Source: Halalkalibacterium halodurans
GTDB lineage: Bacteria; Bacillota; Bacilli; Bacillales; Bacillaceae_D
DNA: 32,000 nt
Direction of reading: 5' to 3'
NCBI RefSeq assembly: GCF_004376175.1
Contig: NZ_SNUY01000001.1
Coordinates: forward strand, 64,383-96,382
The position numbers were made by a program, and so were the translations under genes. Shown here one piece after another: positions 25,536-32,000 of the stretch; the stretch's first letter is position 1, and every line of letters starts with the position of its first letter. Below the pieces are notes generated by a model. It made no database searches. It saw only the letters and a list, made by a program, of their open reading frames with translations, and was not told where the DNA came from.

Positions 25536-26993
25536 CTACCCTTCCTCCTTCCATTGTTTTCGCTGGCGTCGTTCTTCCATCAGTCGCTCAAAACGACGTC
25601 GCTCTTCGTCTAAATCCATGGTGCTTGCTCCAAGATTCTCGCGGACCGCCGACTGTTGCTCCTGTAGGCGTTTCTCCTCCTCAATGAGCCATTTCGGCAG
25701 CTGATCACGGCGTGGATTTTTCTTTTTCACCGTTGTTTTCCCTGATGTCTTTGCACTGTCTTGCTTTTTCCATGTTTCCAGCTTTCGATGCTCTTCTTTT
25801 GCCAATGTCATCGCTTCTGTCACCGTCTTTACTTTTTTCCGTGCCCAGTGACCCGCAATTTTTTCGATTAGTGATTTGGATAGCTTCATGTCGTTACGCA
25901 AGAGCACATAGTCAAGCAACACGTTGACGACGCCTGGGAGCAATTGATAGTCCACAATTAAACTTTCGACGATTTTCAGATCGGCGAGAGGTACCTTTGC
26001 TCCATCGGATCGGCTTTCAAGCAATGTGAGTGGCGGCGTCGTTTCATATAAGGCAATTACTTTTTCTTCTTCTGTTTGAGGTTGCTGGTTCGCCATCGTC
26101 CGATGCTTAAGTGGATGAGTTTGCAGCGCTAACGTTGGGGGCTCATTGCCATGCTCTAGCTTGTACCATTCTTGCGTACGTTTGCGCAACTCTCCAATAT
26201 CCACCTCATCATCATGAACAAGCGACTGCTGTAAAATCCGGCTCATCTGCAATGGCTCAATCCGATAGACGAATGCAAGGCGTAAAATCGTCTCCTTTAC
26301 TTCAGGAGTAAGTGTATGCTCTGGCACGATAAAGCTTGATAAGTCCTTTTTCAACAGTTCAAAATCAAATGACTTCTCGGTGAAATGAAAAGATTCACCC
26401 TTACGTTCTGAGACAAATTGTTGGTGCTCATATAAGGCTAACGAGTCGACCATTTCTGATTCATGGTTTGAGACGATTTCAGAATGATGGAGCGAAGTAA
26501 ACACTTCATCAAACCCATACGTCGTCTCGGTAAACGTTTCTTTATCAATAACATCTACAACAAACCGTTCCCGCAGTTTACGATATTGCGTTTTTCCGAG
26601 CTTGTTAAATAAATAAACACTCAGTACATCATTTTCAAAAAATTGTTGTGGCGGCATAGGAGGCTGTAACTCATATAAGTATGTCGTCACTCCGTCGGCT
26701 TTGGTTTTAAATGTTCGTAGAAGTCCAATCGCTTCAAGCTTTTTTCTTTCTTGAAAAATAGCAGGTAAATCGACGCCCATCATAAGCATGAGTTGACGGT
26801 GGGTTTGTTCTTCACTCCAATAATCATCTCGTTTTAACTCACTCCATAGCGTCATATATAAGCTGTAGGCGATCGAACCGACGAGCGGTTGGTACAAAAG
26901 GGTTAACACTTTTTGATGGACTTCATGCAAATAGTCTGCCGTACGCACCATATAGCGGTCTACAGGTAATAACTCTTTCCAATGCCAAGTCAT
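25536..26993 (-). CDS. dnaB: Replication initiation and membrane attachment protein DnaB (Bacillus-type helicase co-loader)
   Basis: The start is moved to the ATG at 26993 (MTWHWKELLPVDRY..., AAGGAGGTG 6 nt upstream). It has DnaD-like domains, and its stop abuts the dnaI start. Confidence 0.9.
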   Translation of the reverse strand: MTWHWKELLPVDRYMVRTADYLHEVHQKVLTLLYQPLVGSIAYSLYMTLWSELKRDDYWSEEQTHRQLMLMMGVDLPAIFQERKKLEAIGLLRTFKTKADGVTTYLYELQPPMPPQQFFENDVLSVYLFNKLGKTQYRKLRERFVVDVIDKETFTETTYGFDEVFTSLHHSEIVSNHESEMVDSLALYEHQQFVSERKGESFHFTEKSFDFELLKKDLSSFIVPEHTLTPEVKETILRLAFVYRIEPLQMSRILQQSLVHDDEVDIGELRKRTQEWYKLEHGNEPPTLALQTHPLKHRTMANQQPQTEEEKVIALYETTPPLTLLESRSDGAKVPLADLKIVESLIVDYQLLPGVVNVLLDYVLLRNDMKLSKSLIEKIAGHWARKKVKTVTEAMTLAKEEHRKLETWKKQDSAKTSGKTTVKKKNPRRDQLPKWLIEEEKRLQEQQSAVRENLGASTMDLDEERRRFERLMEERRQRKQWKEEG

Positions 26994-27051
26994 GTCACTC
27001 ACCTCCTTAGAGCAAAAAAGAGCTTGAAGCAAATTCGCTTTAAGCTCCTCG

Positions 27052-27513
27052 TTATCGATCGTCTCGTTCCATAAGTTCCTTCAGCTCTTGAATAAATACG
27101 TTGATATCTTTAAATTGTCGGTAGACAGAGGCGAAACGAACGTACGCTACATCATCCACATTGGCTAACCGTTCCATCACTAACTCGCCAATCTCTTTAC
27201 TGTCGACTTCATTTTTCCCTTGACCACGAAGCTCCCGCTCCACCTCATTGACGATCCCTTCTAACGTTTCCAATGGGACGGGACGCTTTTCACACGCGCG
27301 AATCAAACCGCGCAAAATTTTATCTGAGCTAAATTCTTGCCTCGTTCCATCCTTTTTGACAACGATCAGAGGAACTTCCTCAATCATTTCAAAGGTCGTA
27401 AAACGATGGTTGCACGATTCACATTCACGCCGTCTACGAATGGAACGACCTTCGTGAGCTGGCCTCGAATCGAGCACCCTTGTTCCATTATGATGACAGG
27501 CTGGACATCGCAT
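27052..27513 (-). CDS. nrdR: Transcriptional repressor NrdR
   Basis: [17 protein letters not shown]...[12 protein letters not shown] provides the zinc ribbon, followed by an ATP-cone. Confidence 0.95.
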   Translation of the reverse strand: MRCPACHHNGTRVLDSRPAHEGRSIRRRRECESCNHRFTTFEMIEEVPLIVVKKDGTRQEFSSDKILRGLIRACEKRPVPLETLEGIVNEVERELRGQGKNEVDSKEIGELVMERLANVDDVAYVRFASVYRQFKDINVFIQELKELMERDDR

Positions 27514-27677
27514 CGAATCATCTCCACTACTGCTTGTTAGCAGTCTTCCTTTTTACACGTGCTTACAGAAAATCTCTTTTAATCATAGTAAAAATGAAAA
27601 AAAGTGACAAGCCTTGTATAACAAAAAGAGCAGGATTCCTTATGTTAAGATAGGAGATTAGGCCCTTTATCCTTCAG

Positions 27678-28091
27678 CTATAGAAGCTCGTCGCCAAGGC
27701 CCGAACCAATATAAGGAAGCTCTTTGTCGAGCTGTTCATAAAGCGAGAGAATTCGCTTCTTACTATGTCCAAAATCAGACGGTAAGATCGTGTCTGTAGA
27801 ACAAGAAAAGTCTACAGCCGTACGAAATGGCTTTACCATGACAATCGTTGCGACAAGCAGTGACTTTTGACCAGATGTGGACTGGGCAATCACTTCCCCG
27901 CGCTCTTGCTCTACCCGTTTTACCGTAAATCCTGATTGCTGCATCACCCGTTCAACAGCGGCAATCGCCTTATCTTTTGTTGTTTTGTAATAATGGGTTT
28001 GCAGCGAAGGATTGCTATGATGTTCGGTTGTCTCCGTTCGACTTGAAACAAGTTGACTCAATGTTTCACGAAATCCCACGTTCTTCACCAA
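27678..28091 (-). CDS. Hypothetical cytosolic protein of about 137 aa; start codon uncertain
   Basis: The ORF is open between nrdR and speD. The track start is TTG, and I could find no Shine-Dalgarno sequence for it. Confidence 0.5.
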   Translation of the reverse strand: MVKNVGFRETLSQLVSSRTETTEHHSNPSLQTHYYKTTKDKAIAAVERVMQQSGFTVKRVEQERGEVIAQSTSGQKSLLVATIVMVKPFRTAVDFSCSTDTILPSDFGHSKKRILSLYEQLDKELPYIGSGLGDELL

Positions 28092-28220
28092 CTTTTTTAT
28101 ACATTATTGTTTATATCATACCATAAAGTTGACGAACAATGGGATTGAAACTTGTCCGTACGTTTATTTTAATCAAGTTATGAACGCCTTATTTAAAAAT
28201 GGCTCGGCGTTTTAAACGTA

Positions 28221-28248
28221 TAAAAAAGAGATGCGCTCGGCACCTCTT
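28221..28248 (-). terminator. Intrinsic terminator after speD
   Basis: On the minus strand AAGAGGTGC pairs with GCATCTCTT (one mismatch), followed by TTTTTTA. Confidence 0.65.
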
Positions 28249-28257
28249 AGCATTCGT

Positions 28258-28641
28258 TTATAAAACCTTGACTTTTGGTTTTTCAAGCTGAATAGGACCC
28301 ATACCCCTTGGCAGTTCCACTACTTCAGTCGTCGTAGCTTTCAACGCCTCAGCAATATAATTCGATGCGACGTTTGGATCAATTCGATCCCCACACGTAT
28401 AAACGTCAATACTCGCATATCCGTGCTCTGGGAAGCTGTGAATCGTTAAATGCGACTCTGATATGATGACAACACCACTTACACCTTGAGGGGCAAACTT
28501 ATGAAAGGCCACCTCACGTACTTCTGCTCCCGCTTTCAGAGCTGCATCAACGAAAACTTGTTCGATGAAGCTTAAGTCGTTCAACTTATCCACGTCACAA
28601 CCCCAAAGTTCTGCAATCACGTGACGTCCCATTGTATCCAT
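28258..28641 (-). CDS. speD: S-adenosylmethionine decarboxylase proenzyme (Bacillus-type SpeD)
   Basis: [15 protein letters not shown]...[16 protein letters not shown] includes the self-cleavage ES motif. Confidence 0.93.
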   Translation of the reverse strand: MDTMGRHVIAELWGCDVDKLNDLSFIEQVFVDAALKAGAEVREVAFHKFAPQGVSGVVIISESHLTIHSFPEHGYASIDVYTCGDRIDPNVASNYIAEALKATTTEVVELPRGMGPIQLEKPKVKVL

Positions 28642-28783
28642 GAGTTGAATCCCCCTTTACAAAAAATTCATGCCTTCTCAAGCATGTAGGAACGTTTATT
28701 ACACGGGGGAAAGTTAGTCCAAAGAGGTCCTAACCCTTTCTGTAGTAAACGTACTCCTATTTTGCTTTCGTTTCATGTTCACG
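28642..28783 (-). promoter_or_regulatory. Structured speD 5' leader with terminator hairpin and anti-SD tract (candidate riboswitch/attenuator)
   Basis: See the speD leader finding (28642-28818). The elements are a 7-bp long-range helix, an internal hairpin, UCCCCC complementary to the SD, and a 7-bp hairpin plus U6 about 20 nt before the ATG. Confidence 0.45.
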
Positions 28784-28789
28784 GAAAAT

Positions 28790-28818
28790 AGTATACTTTG
28801 TTTAATCCTTCTTTGCAA
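28790..28818 (-). promoter_or_regulatory. Sigma-A-type promoter inside the gapB-speD spacer
   Basis: On the minus strand: TTGCAA (28818-28813), a 17-nt spacer and TATACT (28795-28790). Confidence 0.55.
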
Positions 28819-28932
28819 TAACAACTTTTTCATTTTCTACGGTCACTTGACATCGTCCACTTTTTCCCGTTGAGAAGGCTTTGCTTATTGGGATTCAACT
28901 TATAGGATGACCATTTTTTTTATGAATATGCC

Positions 28933-29967
28933 TTAGAACGCGATCACTTTTGCTGGCTTTTTAAGCTCTTTGGCGACGAGTTCGACTAAGTCGACAACTC
29001 GTGTGGAATACCCCCATTCATTATCATACCATGCGAGGACCTTCACCTGGTTTGTATCTTCCATCACCATCGTCGATAAACCATCAACAATGGCAGAGTG
29101 TTCGTTTCCATTAAAGTCAATCGAGACTAACGGCTCTTCTGTAAAACCGAGAATTCCTTTCATCGAACCTGCTGCCGCTTGTTTTAACACATGGTTCACT
29201 TTTTCTGGCGTCACGTCCGCTTTCACCTGAACTACTAAGTCAACAAGAGACACATTCGGGGTCGGTACACGTAAAGCCATTCCTGTTAGTTTTCCTTCTA
29301 ATTGTGGTAATACTTTGCTGATGGCTTTAGCAGCACCAGTGGATGTCGGAATTATCGATTGACCACATGCCCGAGCTCGTCGTAAATCTTTGTGGGGATT
29401 GTCGATGTTTTTTTGATCATTCGTATATGCATGAACCGTCGTCATCATCCCGCTTTGAATTGTAAACGCTTCATCCAAAACTTTTGCTACTGGGGCCAAG
29501 CAATTCGTAGTACATGAAGCATTTGATAAAACGTGATGCTCTTCTGGCTTATAGTCATTTTCGTTTACTCCAACGACAACGGTTACATCTTCATTTTTCC
29601 CAGGAGCTGTAATGATTACTTTTTTCGCGCCTGCTTCTAGATGATAACCTGCTGTCTCTTTTGTTTTAAATTTCCCAGTCGCCTCAACAACGATGTCCAC
29701 TTCTAGATCTTTCCACGGAAGTACTCGAGGATCTCTAGAACTGACTAGCTTTATTTCCTTGCCATTAACAACAAGCGCATCATTTTTAATCTCAACGGTT
29801 CCTTGGAATGGACCATGAACACTGTCATATTTTATTAAATGGGCGAGGGTTTCAGCAGGATAGGAAGCGTTAATCGCCACCACATCAAACTGTTTGTTTT
29901 CTACCGCTTTGCGGAATACCATTCTGCCTATACGACCAAATCCATTAATCGCTACTTTCACTTTCAT
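28933..29967 (-). CDS. gapB: NADP-dependent gluconeogenic glyceraldehyde-3-phosphate dehydrogenase GapB
   Basis: MKVKVAINGFGRIGRMVFRKA...INASYPAETLAHLIKYDSVHG closely follows B. subtilis GapB. The catalytic SNASCTTN motif is present. The position next to speD and coaE matches B. subtilis. Confidence 0.92.
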   Translation of the reverse strand: MKVKVAINGFGRIGRMVFRKAVENKQFDVVAINASYPAETLAHLIKYDSVHGPFQGTVEIKNDALVVNGKEIKLVSSRDPRVLPWKDLEVDIVVEATGKFKTKETAGYHLEAGAKKVIITAPGKNEDVTVVVGVNENDYKPEEHHVLSNASCTTNCLAPVAKVLDEAFTIQSGMMTTVHAYTNDQKNIDNPHKDLRRARACGQSIIPTSTGAAKAISKVLPQLEGKLTGMALRVPTPNVSLVDLVVQVKADVTPEKVNHVLKQAAAGSMKGILGFTEEPLVSIDFNGNEHSAIVDGLSTMVMEDTNQVKVLAWYDNEWGYSTRVVDLVELVAKELKKPAKVIAF

Positions 29968-30018
29968 TGGAAATCCCCTCTCTTATTATGACATACTAAT
30001 AATTCATTTATAATAAAT

Positions 30019-30027
30019 AGTATATCA
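30019..30027 (-). promoter_or_regulatory. Extended -10 element (TGaTATACT), a candidate gapB promoter
   Basis: The minus strand reads AGTGATATACT about 50 nt upstream of the gapB ATG. No good -35 is present and the region is very AT-rich. Confidence 0.35.
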
Positions 30028-30138
30028 CTTTTATTCGAAAAGGACGATTATTTCTTTAAATTTTTTTGAAATCCACTAAAACTTGGCGAATGCAGAGAGG
30101 ATAGGAATAAGACCTGACGCCAAAGATAAATTTTTTCT

Positions 30139-30177
30139 TAAAATAAAAAGACCCCTGAAGACTATTGATCTTCAGGG
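30139..30177 (-). terminator. Intrinsic terminator of coaE (5' arm overlaps the last codons)
   Basis: On the minus strand: CCCTGAAGA-TCAATAG-TCTTCAGGG, followed by GTCTTTTTATTTT. Confidence 0.8.
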
Positions 30178-30767
30178 ATTACCTTCCAACGTTTTAAAAT
30201 GTCAATAAGCTGCCTTTTTGTTGCATCCAATGTGCCCGAATTATCAATGATTGCATCGGCACGATCCCGTTTTGATTCAAGGGGGCGCTGTGAGCGAATC
30301 CGGTGAATCGCATCGTCCTTTCCCGCTTGATCTCGATTCATTAATCGCTGTAACTGTGTGTGCTCATCTACATAAACAAGGAGCACTTTTTCAACAAGAT
30401 AAAACAAATTGCTTTCATATAGCAAGGGAATATCGAATACGATTGTCTTTTCCCCTGAACGAATCAACTGTTCTTTTTGCTGCTGCATTTGCCTCCGTAC
30501 AGCTGGGTGGACGATTTCATTTAGGACGCGACGCTCTTCCTCTTGTTGAAACACAATCGATCCAAGGGCTTTGCGATTTAGCGTCCCGTCATCGTTTACA
30601 ACCCCTGTGCCAAAATGGGCGACAATGGCCTCATAGGCTGGCATACCTGGTTCTACAACGTCACGAGCCACTTGGTCTGCATCGACAATTGGAAGACCTA
30701 ACTCCTCCATCATTTTCGCTACACTGCTTTTTCCACTGGCAATGCCCCCAGTCAACCCAATCATCAT
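30162..30767 (-). CDS. coaE: Dephospho-CoA kinase
   Basis: IGLTGGIASGKSSVAKMM is the P-loop. The product is about 200 aa and lies between ytaF and gapB. Confidence 0.93.
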   Translation of the reverse strand: MMIGLTGGIASGKSSVAKMMEELGLPIVDADQVARDVVEPGMPAYEAIVAHFGTGVVNDDGTLNRKALGSIVFQQEEERRVLNEIVHPAVRRQMQQQKEQLIRSGEKTIVFDIPLLYESNLFYLVEKVLLVYVDEHTQLQRLMNRDQAGKDDAIHRIRSQRPLESKRDRADAIIDNSGTLDATKRQLIDILKRWKVIPEDQ

Positions 30768-30792
30768 CTTGATTCGCTCCTTCTACATCCAC

Positions 30793-31434
30793 CTACATCA
30801 TAAGATTAAAAACACCAATGAGAACTAATAACAAACCCGGTATGAAGGAAAAGCGCTTGATCCAATAAGAATCAGCAAAGCGATAACCACTTTTCATGCC
30901 AAGGCTTACGAACAGAGCACTCATCACCGCTACACTCACTGCCATATACAGTGGGTGGAACCCGATTAATGCCGCTCCGATTCCTGCACCGAAGGCATCA
31001 AGAGAGAGAGCGATGCCTAAAATAACCGCTTCTCTACCTGTAATGGCTCCTGAATTATCAAAATCTGCGACCATCGGCTTGCGTAAGATGCGAATCACGA
31101 CACCAAGCATTTTAATTTCAAAATTTAAAATGACGTGATCGTCCTTCGTTTCATGCCCGTTCTTTGCAGGACGAAACGCTTGATAAAGCGCCCAGCAACC
31201 GATCAAAATTAAAATGATCCCGCCGAGAGACTCTGCTATAGCCGGTGATAAATACTGCTGAATCGTCATCCCGAAGCCCATCGCAATCAAAATGGAAACG
31301 GCGGAACATCCAGCAATAAATAGCAACGATTTAAAAGGGATTTTCATCTTCCTCAAACCGTATGTCAAGCCGACTCCAAAGCTGTCTAAACTAACAGCAA
31401 ATGCAAGAGCTAGCAAGGAAACTAAATGGATCAT
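30793..31434 (-). CDS. ytaF: Sporulation membrane protein YtaF (MntP-like fold)
   Basis: Two repeated halves each contain an SLDSFGVG / SLDAFGAG motif. There are 6 TM segments. Confidence 0.85.
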   Translation of the reverse strand: MIHLVSLLALAFAVSLDSFGVGLTYGLRKMKIPFKSLLFIAGCSAVSILIAMGFGMTIQQYLSPAIAESLGGIILILIGCWALYQAFRPAKNGHETKDDHVILNFEIKMLGVVIRILRKPMVADFDNSGAITGREAVILGIALSLDAFGAGIGAALIGFHPLYMAVSVAVMSALFVSLGMKSGYRFADSYWIKRFSFIPGLLLVLIGVFNLMM

Positions 31435-31501
31435 GACATGAGCTCCTTCCTCTACTACTATCAGCTACGATAGTATATGGCAAGAGCCTATCCGAGGTAC
31501 G

Positions 31502-32000
31502 TTATTTTTGGCATACAGAACAGAAATGTGTACCTCTTCCCCCAACGACCGTCTTCGTAATTGGGGTTCCGCACTGGCGGCAAGCTTCGCCCTTGCGTCC
31601 GTATACATCGAGTCGCTGCTGAAACATGCCCATTTCCCCTTGTCCGTTGACATACGATTTGATCGAACTACCACCAAGGTTCACCGCTTCCGTCAATGTA
31701 TTTAAAATCGCTTGGTGGAGAACCTTCACCTCAGCAACGGTTACATCTTTCGCTAATCGTTCTGGGTGAATTCGCGCCCGAAATAGCGCCTCATCCACAT
31801 AGATGTTTCCCAGTCCAACAATGATTCCTTGATCGAGCAAAGCCGATTTGATTTTGCGGGATGTTTTAGATAAGCGCTCGGTTAGAAGCTTGGCGGAAAA
31901 CTGATCAGAGAACGGCTCCACTCCTAGTTTGGCCAAAGGCGGCTCCATTTGTTCCCTTCCGCTCTGAAAGAGGTGCATCGTTCCAAATTTACGGACATCT
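31502..32000 (-). CDS. mutM: Formamidopyrimidine-DNA glycosylase (partial; the N-terminus lies outside the window)
   Basis: The frame stays open to the window edge (...DVRKFGTMHLF...). The H2TH motif and the C-terminal zinc finger CRQCGTPITKTVVGGRGTHFCSVCQ are present. Confidence 0.9.
   Translation of the reverse strand, partial: DVRKFGTMHLFQSGREQMEPPLAKLGVEPFSDQFSAKLLTERLSKTSRKIKSALLDQGIIVGLGNIYVDEALFRARIHPERLAKDVTVAEVKVLHQAILNTLTEAVNLGGSSIKSYVNGQGEMGMFQQRLDVYGRKGEACRQCGTPITKTVVGGRGTHFCSVCQK

Noticed and set aside
29968-30161. Possible CcpN operator around the gapB promoter (for example TATGTCATAAT near 29990)
   Set aside because: I do not remember the CcpN consensus reliably enough, and the region is so AT-rich that near-matches are expected by chance.
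30251-30772. 173-aa ORF on the plus strand, the longest unexplained ORF in the track
   Set aside because: It is entirely antisense to coaE, which has a clear P-loop and family match. It has no RBS. Its Arg/Leu/Ser/His-rich composition is typical of the reverse frame of a real gene.
1-32000. Scan for CRISPR arrays, tRNA/rRNA genes, phage or defence genes, and toxin-antitoxin pairs
   Set aside because: I saw no regularly spaced repeats, no cloverleaf or rRNA-like stretches, and no nuclease/helicase/methylase-type ORFs. Essentially all long ORFs are accounted for by housekeeping or transporter genes.

Overview
This window is a Bacillus-like (Bacillaceae) chromosomal segment with no rRNA, tRNA, CRISPR, prophage or recognisable defence island. 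From about 12.6 to 32 kb, almost all on the minus strand, it matches the conserved core block known from B. subtilis: mutM (partial), ytaF, coaE, gapB, speD, an unnamed orf, nrdR, dnaB, dnaI, an MqnC/MqnE-like radical SAM gene, ytxC, thrS, an ISLre2-family IS, infC-rpmI-rplT, ysdA, a TVP38 gene, ysdB, a dUTPase-like gene and ysdC. The expected RNA controls are present: a Thr T-box on thrS, an L20-type leader and an ATT start on infC. The left 12.5 kb is more accessory. It holds a partial IS3-family element with an A6G frameshift site, then an ECF-type sigma gene divergent from a second ClpP paralogue. These are followed by a VOC protein and a 163-aa orphan. Next is a yknWXYZ-like efflux operon behind a perfect sigma-W-type promoter, with its adaptor gene split by a frameshift. 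Last is an Rrf2-YezD-Sbp-CysTWA sulfate uptake operon. I do not see a convincing new multi-gene system. The best unexplained signals are RNA or regulatory. (1) A promoter, a structured leader of about 140 nt, a terminator and an anti-SD tract lie in front of speD. (2) A 14-bp-stem terminator straddles the yezD stop, ahead of the sulfate transporter genes. (3) A 580-bp hairpin-dense non-coding spacer plus an orphan radical SAM gene occupy the ytxB position. (4) The ECF sigma and ClpP paralogue pair has an IS where an anti-sigma gene would be expected. All family calls come from reading the translations and motifs by eye. No database search was run.
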